64,000 bases of DNA from Chiloscyllium plagiosum (Eukaryota): contig NC_057755.1 of assembly GCF_004010195.1 (NCBI RefSeq), positions 6,486,184 to 6,550,183 of the forward strand. Reading direction: 5' to 3'. The notes under the pieces were generated by a model. That model saw only the letters and a program-made list of their open reading frames with translations, made no database searches and was not told where the DNA came from. Position numbers and translations under genes: made by a program. Shown piece after piece: positions 13,669 to 25,321 of this stretch. Within the stretch, counting starts at the first letter, position 1. The number at the start of each line of letters is the position of its first letter.

Positions 13669-13817
13669 AAAAGGGTAACTAGGGAGAAAATAGGGCCCCT
13701 CAAAGATCAGCAAGGCGGCCTGTGTGTGGAACCGCAGGAGATGGGGGAGATACTAAATGAATATTTCGCATCAGTGTTTACTGTGGAAAAGGATATGGAA
13801 GATATAGTTCCATGGAA

Positions 13818-14080
13818 GTTCATTTCCCGCCTCAGGCGACTGACTGTGTGGAGTTTGCACGTTCTCCCCGTGTCTGCGTGGGTTTCCTCTGGGTGCTCCG
13901 GTTTCCTCCCACAGTCCAAAGATGTGCAGGTCAGGTGAATTGGCCATGCTAAATTGCCCGTAGTGTTAGGTAAGGGGAAAATGTAAGGGTATTGGGTGGG
14001 TTACGCTTCGGCCGGGCCATGTGGACTTGTCGGGCCCAAGGGCCTGTTTCCACACTAAGTAATCTAATCTAAGTAATCTA
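13818..14080 (+). mobile_element. 5'-truncated HE1-like V-SINE
   Basis: Same body as the 13352 copy, starting at the B-box; flanked by the direct repeat atatag (13802-13807, 14081-14086). Confidence 0.87.
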
Positions 14081-16298
14081 ATATAGAATGTAGGGAAATA
14101 GATGATAATAACATCTTGAAAAATGTCCATATTACAGAGGAAGAAGCGTTGAATGCCTTGAAATGCATAAAGGTGGATAAATCCCCAGGACCTGATCAGG
14201 TGTACCCTAGAACACTGTGGGAAGCTAGGAAAGGGATTGCTAAGCCCCTTGCTAAGATACTGGTATCGTTGATAGTCACAGATGGACAACTGGAGGTTGG
14301 CTAACGTGATATCACTATTTAAGAAAGGTGGGTAAAGACAAGCCAGGGAACTATAGACCGGTGAGCTTGACATCGGAGTGGGCAAGTTGTTGGAGGGAAT
14401 CCTGAGGGACATGTATTTGGAAAGGCAAGGACTGATTAGGGACAGTCAACATGGCTTTGTGCAAGGGAAATCATGTCCCATGAACATGACTGAGGTTTTT
14501 GAACAAGTAACAGAGGATGGATCAGGGCAGAGCGGTGGATGTTATCTATATGGACTTCAGTAAGGCTTTCAACAAGGTTCCCCATGGGACACTGATTAGC
14601 AAAGTTAGATCTCATGGAATACAGGGAGAACTAGCCACTTGGATACAGAACTGGCTCAAAGGTAGAAGACAGAGGGTGGTGGTGGAGGGTTGTTTTGCAG
14701 ACTGGAGGCCTGTGACCAGTGGAGTACCACAAGGATCGGTGCTGGGCCCATTACTTTTCATCATTTAGACAAATGATTTGGATGGGAGCATAAGAGGTAC
14801 AGTTCATAAGTTTGCGGATGACACCAAAATTGGAGGTGCAGTGGACAGCGAAGGAGGTTACCTCGGATTACAATGGGATCTTGACCAGATGGGCCAATGG
14901 GCTGAGAAGTGGCAGATGAAGTTCAATTTAGATAAATGCGAGGTGCTGCATTTTGGGAAAGCAAATCTTAGCAGGACTTATACACTTAATNNNNNNNNNN
15001 NNNNNNNNNNAGAGTATTGAGTACAGGAGTTGGGAGGTTATGTTACAGCTGCACAGGACATTGCTTAGGCCACTGTTGGAATATTGCATGCAATTTTACT
15101 TCTCCTTTCTATCAGAGGCTGTTGTGAAACTTGAAAGGGTTAAAAAAAGATTTACAAGGATGTTGCGAGGGTTGGAGGATTTGAGCTATAGGGAGAGGCT
15201 GAACAGGCTGGGTCTCTTTTCCCTGGAGTGTCCGGAGGCTGAGGGGTGACCTTATAGAGGTTTATAAAATCATGAAGGGCATGGATAGGACAAATAGACA
15301 AGGTCTTTTCCCTGGCGCGGGGGAGTGCAGAATTAGAGGGCATACGTTAGGGTGAGAGGGGAAAGATATTAAGGAGCCTTAACGGGCAATGTCTTCATGC
15401 AGAGGGTGGTAATTATATGGAATGAGCTGCCAGAGGAAGCAGTGGAGGCTGGTACAATTGCAACATTTAAAAGGCATCTGGATGGATATATGAATAGGAA
15501 GGGTTTGAAGGGATATCGCGGCCGGGTGCTGGCAGGTGGGACTCGATTACGGAGAAACTGCCAGTAAGTGGCGTCGAAACGCCCGTCAGCCATAATTGAA
15601 TGACGCAGTGGACTCAATGGGCCAAATGGCCTTACTTCCACTCCTATTTCTTATGGTGTTATGATGACGTTGGGATATCTGGACGAGTTGGATTGAAAGA
15701 TCTGTGTCCATACTGTACATCTCTGTGATTCTATTACTCTACCTATTAGCCTCCCAGAACACACACACACACTGCTTTTGTAAGCAATCACCACTGCTAC
15801 AAGAAACATTTGCATTTTAAGCCTCTTCAGACACAAGTCTACATACAACTACCTGAAATCCAGTCCTTACAATAAGCGATGTTACAAAATATGGATGAAC
15901 CTCTCACACATTATATCACAGAGGAAATAGTTTCAGGAAGGGATCTGTGAGCTCAGGGTGACCAGTCGGAGGGTGATCAAGTGATGCCTGAACCAGACAG
16001 GGACAGACGTCAGAGGAAAAGTAGGAGGCTGTGAGGATGCAGAGGGAGAGCGAACAATGCCACAGAGGGATGTGAACAGAGAAATGGTCAGGCGAACTAG
16101 AAGACAGTGTAGGTCAACAGTCAAAGGAGCATGGTGGGCAACAGGGTTCAGGCAGTTGATGCTCTTTTCTCTTGGGGGGTGTGAAGGAAGCTGTCCTCGC
16201 AGAAGGGGGTTGTGGTTGGCTTGGAAGTTTGGATGGAGAAGAGCTGACAGACCCGCCCTCTCTTGGCTCTCAAGTATCTCAGTGCGACAGAAACCTAC

Positions 16299-16394
16299 CT
16301 TCCGTGCAACGTCGCGAGAGAAATAGCTGTAAGGTGCGAACTTCAAGTGACACTTGTCCCTGGTCTTCCTGTTGATGATGTCAACCTCGCCGCT
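16299..16394 (-). CDS. OSBP: OSBP-like coding exon (ORD)
   Basis: SGEVDIINRKTRDKCHLKFAPYSYFSRDVARK; accag| and |gtaggt; 96 nt. Confidence 0.93.
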
Positions 16395-16689
16395 CTGGTC
16401 AGACACATGGGAGAAAAAAAAAGAGAAACAACACAACATGGTTCTTTATGACGAAGGGGACAATGTCAGGGTCCTGTGAAAATGGAAGATCATTCAGCCC
16501 CAAGCCTGGGACACAGCACATGGCTCTGACCCTCCAACAGCGCAGCACTCCCTTTCCCAGCCTCTCAGAGGCCAGATGCAGCCGCCTTTATCAACGACCA
16601 CATGTGGGGCTGCTCATTGCCACCTAAATGGGGCGGGGTAGGGGTGGGTGCAGTCCTCAGGGATAAGGCCCATGGCCTGCCATCCTCAC

Positions 16690-16793
16690 CTGATCGATCC
16701 ACAACTTGCCCACGATGATGTTGTGCACGGTGGTGGTGACCTTCTTCCACGTGTAATGGTTGCCGCTTTGATGGAAGTTGCAGTGGATGGTAC
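16690..16793 (-). CDS. OSBP: OSBP-like coding exon (ORD)
   Basis: TIHCNFHQSGNHYTWKKVTTTVHNIIVGKLWIDQ; ctgcag| and |gtgagg; 104 nt. Confidence 0.93.
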
Positions 16794-17446
16794 CTGCAGC
16801 ACAGGGAAGGACCCACGTCAGTTGGTGTGTTTTTGCCCCCCTGTCCTTACCCAGGCTGGGGTGGGCTCCACATGACTCCAGTCCTCACGTGACGCCCAAC
16901 CTTACCTGGTCTGCTCTCAGGAATTCGAATTTCGTTCACTGATGCACCAATGTACACAGACGCGAATACACAATAAATGTCCAATCACAATTGTGTTGGT
17001 ACAGGTTGTGACCATTTGGCCCATTATGTCTGCACTGGCTCTCTCTCGGATCATTCTGACTGATGGTTATGCATCTGCTTTTGCCTCTTGCACATCACTT
17101 AAATGGGAACAATCACCCCAATGTCTTCTTCAAGGCCTCTGCTCATACCTCTACTCTTGCTTTCCATATCCTAATGACCAACTAGACATTCCCCACCCCG
17201 CCTCTGCTCCCTTTGCGAAACATTTCAACTCTGCACCATTGCTTTGGGTTCTCAATGCTTCTCTGAACAAGGACAGTTTCTGCCCGTGCACTTGGTCTTG
17301 GCCTGTCATGGTTCTGAACACTTCCAGCAAATCTCCTCTCTTGTCCAAACTTGATCACTACTCAATACTCCAGCTGAGGTCTACAGCCTTACACAAGTTC
17401 AATAAAAACCTCTTCACTTTTGCATTCTGTCCTCCTGTTAACAAAG

Positions 17447-17760
17447 GACAGCACGGTGGCTCAGTGGTTAGCACTGCTGCCTCTCAGCGCCAGGGACCTG
17501 GGTTCGATTCCAGCCTCGTGCTACTGTCTGTGTGCAGTTTGCACACTGTGTCTGCGTGGGTTTCCTCTGGGTGCTCCACTTTCCTCCCACAATCTAAAGA
17601 TGTGCAGGTCAGGTGAATTGGCCATGCTAAATTGCCCATAGTGTTAGGTGCATTGGTCAGGGGTAAATATGGGGAATGGGTCTGGGTGGGTTGCTCTTCG
17701 GAGGGTCGGTGTGGACTTGTTGGGCTGAACAGCCAGTTTCCATACTGCAGGAAATCGAAA
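17447..17760 (+). mobile_element. HE1-like V-SINE
   Basis: A/B boxes, V-domain and CR1-like tail; older subfamily. Confidence 0.85.
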
Positions 17761-18099
17761 AGGACAGAATACTGCACACTTTTTTGACATCTCCCTCCAC
17801 GTTTCAAACAGTCCCCTTTATTTGATCCTGTCGCTCCGGATTCTGCAGGTGCCTTTTCCCTATACTCCGTGACATGTCCAAACTGGGAAGGTGACTGTGA
17901 CTACCCATGCCACTTCATTTCACACATTACGGTCACGTCACCCCTTTGAGCCTCCAGAGCTCCAGCAAAACTCAATCCAAGTTTACACAACCTTCCCTTG
18001 TAGCCAGTACACTTTAATTCTGGCAACATTCTGCTAAACGTCTTTCGCGCTCTCTCCAAAGCCTCCACCTCCTTCTCCCATGAGGATTCTGAACCGACT

Positions 18100-18870
18100 T
18101 TCACAGGCGCAACAAAGAAAGCACTCTATCCAATGCATCACAGCTCAGTGCAGCAACTGCTCTACCCAGGCCCGTAAGAAACGACAGAGTTGTGAACATA
18201 GCCCAGTCCATCACCCAAACCAACCTTCCATCCACTGACTCAGACTATACAACCTCCTGCCTTGGGAAGGCAGCCAACATCAAAGATCCCTCCCGCGTAT
18301 TGCTTATAATCTCTTCCACCAGGCAGAAGATGGAAAAGCTGAGACTTGCGTACCAACAAGTGGGCGGCACGGTGGCACAGTGGTTAGCACTGCTGCCTCA
18401 CAGCGCCAGAGACCCGGGTTCAATTCCCGCCTCAGGCGACTGACTGTGTGGAGTTTGCACGTTCTCCCAGTGTCTGCGTGGGTTTCCTCCGGCTGCTCCG
18501 GTTTCCTCCCACAGTCCAAAGATGTGCAGGTCAGGTGAATTGGCCATGCTAAATTGCCTGTAGTGTTAGGTTAGGGGTAAATGTAGGGGTTTGGGTGGGT
18601 TGCGCTTCGGCGGGTTGGTGTGGACTTGTTGGGCCGAAGGGCCTGTTTCCACACTGTAATGTAATCTAATCTAATCTAAACAGGTTGAAGAACAGCTTCT
18701 TCCCTGCTGTTATTCGACTCGTGAACGAGCCTCACCAAACTCATGCTGACCTGGCTTTCTGTGCACCTTCTCTGCAGCTGTAACGTTGCATTCCTCGCCT
18801 TGTTCTATCACCCCACAAATTTTGTATGGAATGATCAGGCTGTACTGCACGTAAAACAAAACTCTTCACT
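18100..18870 (+). mobile_element. Rex1/Babar-like LINE 3' fragment interrupted by a SINE
   Basis: Peptide remnants VVNIAQSITQTNLPS...CLGKAANIKDPS and, after the SINE, RLKNSFFPAVIRL, typical of the Rex1 RT C-terminus. Confidence 0.65.
18360..18680 (+). mobile_element. HE1-like V-SINE, full length
   Basis: Nearly identical to the 13352 copy; (aatct)n tail. Confidence 0.88.
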
Positions 18871-18876
18871 CGACCC

Positions 18877-19042
18877 AGGTGCATAACAACCTCGATTATC
18901 CAAATGACACAGGCGGGGACGATTTTGTTTAGATAATTGCACGTGCGGACGGAACAGTTTACCTGAGCATCGGGTCCCTGAGACCTTGCTCAGACAATCT
19001 GAAATTTGGATAATTAATGTTCGCATAACTGAAGTTGCCCTG
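18877..19042. mobile_element. Short degenerate Tigger-like MITE
   Basis: Imperfect inverted ends caacctcgattatcc / gcataactgaagttg. Confidence 0.4.
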
Positions 19043-19198
19043 ACAATGACAAATCAAACCACGGCCTGGGAACCGGCTTCGCAGGTTGAGACAATTCTGC
19101 ACAGCATAACACATTGCACGGAAGAGACAAGGGCGAGACACGCGCGCACACACACACACACACACACCGTCAGCTGGTTTTGACTCTAGTTCACTTAC

Positions 19199-19319
19199 CC
19201 AGGGGCATGATGGACAGATACTTTCCTCTGAATTTGCTAGCGATAGCTATCTCTTGCCTCAACGTCCAGCCATACTTGGAATCGACGTGATGTGCAGCAG
19301 CTGGAGGGTGGTGACTGAC
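19199..19319 (-). CDS. OSBP: OSBP-like coding exon (ORD signature EQVSHHPP)
   Basis: VSHHPPAAAHHVDSKYGWTLRQEIAIASKFRGKYLSIMPL translated by hand; caacag| and |gtaagt; 121 nt. Confidence 0.94.
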
Positions 19320-19793
19320 CTGTTGGGAAAACAAAAATTGGGGGGAGGGTCAGAGGACCACACCATTACACATGTAACACCCTCTCCGGAGGGTGTTGTC
19401 CCCTTTCAGCACCACCTCACATCCCAGTAGCGGAGCAGGGATGTCTTGCTGCAACTGTCCAGGGGCTCAGGGACAGCACACCCGGAGCAGTTTTGGTCTC
19501 CTTACCAGAGGAGGGAGGCAACAATAAAAGAAAAAGCCGAAATTGCCAGGAAAGCTCAGCAGGTCTGGCAGCAGGTGCAGAGAGAAAAGGCAGTTCACGC
19601 CGAGCGACCCTTCCTCAGAACTGGCAGGAGGATTACTGTTTGCTGTGGAGGGAATGCAGTTGAAGATTGACCAGACTGATCCCAGGGACTGACATACAAG
19701 GACAGGCTGCAGCACTGAGGATTACAGGTACTCTCTGCTTTTCCCCAAGTTCACTTTACGCTACTTTGCTTTTATGAAAGACCTACATTAGTA

Positions 19794-20134
19794 CAGGTGC
19801 ACAATCCTTTATTCGAACTGCTTGGGACTAGCTGGTTTTCAGAAATCAGAATTTTACAGCAAGTGACAGTTTGACGGTGAAATTCTGAAAGACTTACCGG
19901 AGGAGCAGACTCATTGAGTAAAACTGGCTTTAAGACAGAATTGAGGCCTGCCAGTGGTGAACCATGCCTCTCCCCCCACCCATGTCACATCCGCATGGCA
20001 CACATTGAGTGGGCATCGACTTGGGTTAACTGGTTGCACACCAAACAACCTTGCTCATGAGGGGAAAAACTTCACAGAAAAACCTTTCGGACTTTGGAGC
20101 TTTTTTGGATTTCAGATAAAGGCTCGGGCACCTG
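19794..20134. mobile_element. Tc1/mariner (Tigger-like) MITE
   Basis: Imperfect 24-bp TIRs caggtgcacaatcctttattcgaa / ttcagataaaggctcgggcacctg, preceded by TA. Confidence 0.6.
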
Positions 20135-20688
20135 TTCTCGCTCACCAAAAGAAATCTGAAGGGGATATTCGCTTTGACGAAGAAGGGTAACATCTTTCCC
20201 GTCTAAATTAATGCTTCCTTGCTTTATGCCATTACGAAAGGTTTCATAGGAATGCTCTACTTTCAGATGTGGGGAGCTTCTTAAGGTTGATATCATATTG
20301 AACAATAAGGAATTAAGGGATACAGTGAGACGGCGGCGAAGTGGAGCTCAGTCCATGAAAAGATCAGCCATGATCTTATGGCATGGCGGAGCAGGCTTGA
20401 AGGGCCAGACGGCCTACTCCTGCTCCTCGTTCTCCAGTTCTGAGATTCAGAAGAATAAGGCAGCACTTCACTTTGCAAATAGAATTTGGTTTCTTGTCAC
20501 CAAGTGTCCTCAAGTACAGGAGGACAGTGAAATGCGCACAACGGCATCACAGGAGATGCTGCCTGAGGTACAAAGTACCTCATCACGACTCCGAGGTGCC
20601 AAAGTAAATAGAGAAAAGATGAGGAAAAACTGAAACTTCTACAAGGATACGAACGGGGAAGAGGAAAAAAAGCGAACGTGAAGGTGAC

Positions 20689-20934
20689 CTGCTCGCAGAT
20701 GGACCGGAATCCTTCATCTTCCAGCCGGTCCAATTCGAAGGTCTCCCCGAGCAAGGGGTTGAAAGGCTTTCCCGTTCGGTAGACGGTGGTGGAGTATGAG
20801 GACACAGTGAAGGCAGCCACGTAGCACAGCTGCTCTAAGGCATTCTCGCACTTGGAGGCTCTGTCCAGGAGCTCGTGATACTCCAGGTCCTCCGTCAGTC
20901 GCTGCAGCATCGACAGGGGCTCATTGAAGTTCAC
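20689..20934 (-). CDS. OSBP: OSBP-like coding exon (ORD)
   Basis: VNFNEPLSMLQRLTEDLEYHELLDRA...KPFNPLLGETFELDRLEDEGFRSICEQ; ctgcag| and |gtcacc; 246 nt. Confidence 0.94.
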
Positions 20935-21350
20935 CTGCAGGAGAGGACACAGAGGGACTAACAACACAGAAAGGCGTGAGGGGACAGGAAGAGACAGGCC
21001 CAGCGCCTATTGCAGAGACACTATGGCACACAGCAGGAGGCCCCAATCAGTCCATGCTGGCTGTCTGCACTGTAATGCCCCTCTCTGTATATCCCAGTCG
21101 GGGTACTAACTTACTTCACACAGGTACTAGTTTCGAAATGCATGTACATTCCATGGTTGGCACAGATGGGTCGGGTCGAAGGATCTGCTTCTGCGCTGCA
21201 CGTGGCTGAGACCGACTGGGAAGGCAAGGCCACATGTACAGCACCAATGGCAAGGTCAGCACTGGGAGGCTTGGCCCATAGGTACCTCATTCTTGCGCAC
21301 CCTCCCCCCAACCCAACAACCCAGACCACAGTCCTGAGCTCCGCACTCAC

Positions 21351-21539
21351 CGGCATGGGGATTTTGGACAGCTCCTTGCCGATGCAGTTCTTCATGATGC
21401 TCCACAGGTTGAGGCTGTAGTTGGGTTTGTCGGGAATGCTGGTCCTCCGACGGCGCTTGGTCGCTGGCTCTTTGCTCACCAGCTCCACTGCGCTGGTGCT
21501 GGAGCTGGTGTTGCTGCTGGACATCTGCTCATCTGACAA
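21351..21539 (-). CDS. OSBP: OSBP-like coding exon (linker and start of ORD)
   Basis: LSDEQM...[36 protein letters not shown]; long pyrimidine tract, cccag| and |gtgagt; an alternative in-frame acceptor is possible at 21524. Confidence 0.88.
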
Positions 21540-23549
21540 CTGGGCATAGAGGGGGAGGGAGGGAGAGCAGAGGATGGAGAGGGAGATGGCAGGGAGGAAG
21601 AGAGAGAGAAAAGGGAGGGGGAAGGGAGAAAAAAAAATTTCAGAAGGCACATCATTATTTGGCCAAAGCACCGCACAGCAAGAGTCCACTCGAAGTATAA
21701 AGCGCTGGAGGCTTCTGGGAGGGGGGTGTGTGAGTGGTGGTGGGAGAGGGGAGAGGAGGGACACATGTCCCAGGGGAATGGGTGAAAAGAAAACCACAGA
21801 GGGAGCAGGGCAGTGGGAGGCACAGGTAGACTGAAGACGGGGAAGCAGGAAACAAATACCTCTCTTATCTACGGCCCTGAGACTCTGTCAGTCTCCGTCT
21901 GTTCTGTCTCGCTATGCACACGGGCTCTTCCTTCCTTTTTCCTCCTCTTTCTGTCTTTGTCTCTCATTCTCTGTCTCACGCTCTCTCTGTCTGTACCTCT
22001 CTCTTTCACTACCAGCCATCTCTGCTGCTTCCTTCCTCTTTCCCCAGCTCAACTTCCCTTCCTCCAGTGCCTCTCATGACAGCCCAATGTCCGCTTCTCT
22101 TCACTGAGGGACAGTCTAAAAAACAAGAGCAGCAGCCCTGTGCCTGGGCGGGGGTCTGAGGCAGGGTGACAGACGGGGGAGGGGCGGGAGAGTAGGGTTT
22201 TGGTGGTGGGGAGGCGTTGGGGAGGAGAAGGGGTCACACAGGGGAACAGAACACGCATGAAAAGTACAACACGTTCGGAGGCTGGAAAACGTAACACCGA
22301 GTCCAATGCACGGAATCCCGTTTCACTAACCCCAGGATCACCCACCAACCGAAGAGCTGATAGAATAGGCCATTCGGCCCCTCAATTCACACTGCACTCA
22401 TGGTTCAGCTGGCCTGTAAACTTCATTTGTCCCGTATGATAGGGCCCCTCTGAGATCTTCACTCTGGTACTCAGCCAAGTCAACTTCTTTATTTCTTTCC
22501 GCTCTTCCACGTCCCTTGACACGCACCTAACCCATTCACTCCCAACCAATCAGGCGACAGCGACATCCACAACTAAACAGAAAGAAATTCTCTCTCAATT
22601 CCCAATTGGATTTGTTCGGGATGGCCTTACACTGACAGCCCTTGGCTCTGCCGACTAGCAAGGTCACTTTCTCCACCCCCCGAAGGAGGGCATTCAGCCC
22701 ATCGAGATTGCTCTGCTATTCCATGAGATTCCAGCTGATCCGATAATCCTCAATGGTACTTCCCCACCTTTGCCTTTTAATCCTTTATGCCATCTCTGAT
22801 TAAAGATCTATCTACCCCAGCCCTTGGGAGAAAGAATTGCACCGCACCATGCAGAAAGTCCTCCTCGCAAACGTACAACCCCATGTTCTGAGATTAAGCC
22901 CTCTGATCCAAGACACACCCAACAGGGGAACCAAATTCCTTCAATCGACCCTGTCCACTCCTCTCAGGATCCTCTGTATTTCAGTAAGATTGCCTCCCAC
23001 CTTTCTATATTCCACTGAGTACAGGTCTAATCTCTGCTCTTCAGGGTAGTCCCTCTTCATCAGTAATCAGCCTAGCGATCCTTCTGTCTACATTATTTCA
23101 TGTTCCCCACATATTCAATCTGCCAAGCCTTTCCCCCACTCTCAGAACCTGTCGATGGCCCCTCTGCAGACTCCGTCATCCCTGCAACTTGCCTTTCCGA
23201 CTACAGTCATCTGGAAATACGACCATAGTAGATTCATCTCCGTCATCCACACCATTAACATGCATTACTACTAACTGCGGCCCCAGCACCAATCCCTGTG
23301 ACTATCACTAGTTACACGTTACCACCCTGACTATGTCCCTCCGATCCCAATTGAATTCTATTAGCTAGTTAAGCCTCTGCCCTTGCTAATAAACTACCTC
23401 AAACACCTTAAATCGCTGAACAGCACTTTATCAAACACTTTCTGAAAATCCAATTATATTACATCCACTGGCTCCTCTTTATCTAACTTTGCTAACTCCA
23501 CAAACTGGGCTGCAGCAGCTCCATAAAAGGTGACTCACTGACCTTCAAG

Positions 23550-24290
23550 AACAAAGAACAAAGAAACTTTACAGCCCAGGAACAGGCCCTTCGGTCCTCC
23601 AAGCCAGAGCCGATCCAAATGTACTGTCTAAACCTGTCGGTCAATTCCTGAGCATCTGTATCCCTCTGCTCCCCACCTACTCATGCATTTACCCAAACGC
23701 ATCTTAAACGAATCTACCGTGCCTGCCTCTACCACCTCTGCTGGCAACGCGTTCCAAATGCCTACCACATTGTGTGAAGTACTCGCCGCGTATATCCCCC
23801 TTAAACTTTCCACCTCTCACCTTGAAAGCATGACCTCTGGTTATTGAATCCTTCACCCTGGGAAAAAGCTGGTCTCCATCCACCCTGTCTATACCCTTCA
23901 TGATTTTGTAAACCTTAATCAGGTCCCCCCTCAATCTCCTTTTTTCTCATGAAAATAAACCCAACCTACTCAACCTCTCTTCATAGCTAGCACCTTCCAT
24001 ACCAGACAACACCCTCATAAACCTTCTCTGCACCCTCTCCAAAGCGTCCACATCCCTTTGGTAATGTGGCGACCAGAACTGTACACAGTATTCTAAATGC
24101 GTCCGAACCAATGTCTTGTACAACGTTAACATGACTTGCCAGCTATTATACACAATACCCCGTCCAATGAAGGCAAGCTTACTGTATGCCTTCTTGACCA
24201 CTCTGTCCACCTGTGCAGCAACCTCCAGGGTACAATGGACCTGCACTCCCAGATCTCTCTGCCCATCCACTTTTCCCAAGGCTCTTAGGA
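23550..24290 (-). mobile_element. CR1 LINE 3' fragment
   Basis: RDLGVQVH...YKTLVRTHLEYCVQFWSPHY...RGDLIKVYKIMKG and (ttcttt)n tail. Confidence 0.88.
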
Positions 24291-24872
24291 GGGCGGTGTT
24301 CTGTGCCCCATTTGTGTGTCTGATCGGGGTGACCAACAGGGTGGGTTGGCAGGGAGAGGCTTTGCTGATTGGCAGGAGGGTCAAACGCCACAGTCGGGGG
24401 ACAGATTTACGTTGAGAGGTAGAAGGACTGAAGGGGACAGGCGGGCTCATCCCACGGCAGTGGAGTGCACTGTGTATGGAGTGACAGACCAGATCGTGAA
24501 ATGCCAAAGGGATTCCAACTAGTTTTGCGTTTAATAATTGTGTGGTTACATGCAAAAGTGAGGGAAGGTGAGTGGGGTGAGCAGAGTCACTCTTGCAGAG
24601 ATAGGAAACATCAAACGGGGTCTGCCTTTGGGCTTCGCCCATTCCGTGGGTCTGTTCAGAGCCCCTTTGTCTCTCTGACGGTCTCCGATTCTCTTCTTCA
24701 ACGACAATCGAAGAGGAAGACTGCCCTGACATTTGTCACGTCTCCTTCAAACAAGCCCTTGCAAAATCCTGGAGGTTCCCCTTTGATGACAACTGAACAA
24801 CAGCAGGGATGAACAGAGAGAGAGAGAGAGGGGGGGTGGGGGGGCGCAGGCGGGTGGAAATTAAATACTTAC

Positions 24873-24927
24873 TTGATCCTCAAAGGTTCCCTCGCTGCTG
24901 GCTCCGCTGATGTTGCTCCCCGTTCGC
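24873..24927 (-). CDS. OSBP: OSBP-like 55-nt serine-rich coding exon
   Basis: RTGSNISGASSEGTFEDQ matches the OSBP RTGSNISGASS motif; ttgcag| and |gtaagt; phases fit both neighbouring exons; not in this frame in the ORF track. Confidence 0.9.
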
Positions 24928-25114
24928 CTGCAATCAAACAGCCCATGTTACCGACAGCAATGTCACGCATTGCTCCTTCCTCCCAGCTGACGGACTTTTT
25001 ACTCGCTGCTGGCTCCGCTGATGTTGCTCCCCGTTCGCCTGCAATCAAACAGCCCATGTTACCGACAGCAATGTCACGCAGACAGCTCCTTCCTCCCAGC
25101 TGACGGACTTTTTA
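24891..25114. repeat. 111-bp tandem duplication overlapping an OSBP exon
   Basis: 24891-25001 and 25002-25114 are identical except tt versus gaca. Confidence 0.95.
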
Positions 25115-25285
25115 AGCAGAAAAAACATTCAACGCCGTACTCTGCTCGCCAGCCACAGGGGGGACCAAGAACTCTGGTGGACGCTCAACAGCGTAAAGAA
25201 GCAGCGGTGCCGCAAGTAAAACCGGCCAAAGGTTACGTTTGGAGAAGTGGGGAGGCCACGGCGGTTTGTCGGGGATTGAGACGGT

Positions 25286-25321
<36 letters not shown>

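Larger units (their letters stand above)
11380..15740 (+). mobile_element. Second near full-length decayed CR1-clade LINE with nested SINEs and an N gap
   Basis: Esterase-like ORF1 (IIHNGTNDTG), APE (YYRPPN, VMVGDFNFPNID), RT ([25 protein letters not shown]) and 3' tail. Confidence 0.9.

Noticed and set aside
3575..15740. Active or domesticated CR1 ORFs
   Set aside because: Both elements have multiple stops, frameshifts and nested insertions.
23947..24732. 261-aa minus-strand ORF as a chimeric gene
   Set aside because: The C-terminal half is a CR1 ORF2 remnant and the N-terminal half has no recognisable homology; chance read-through is the simpler explanation.
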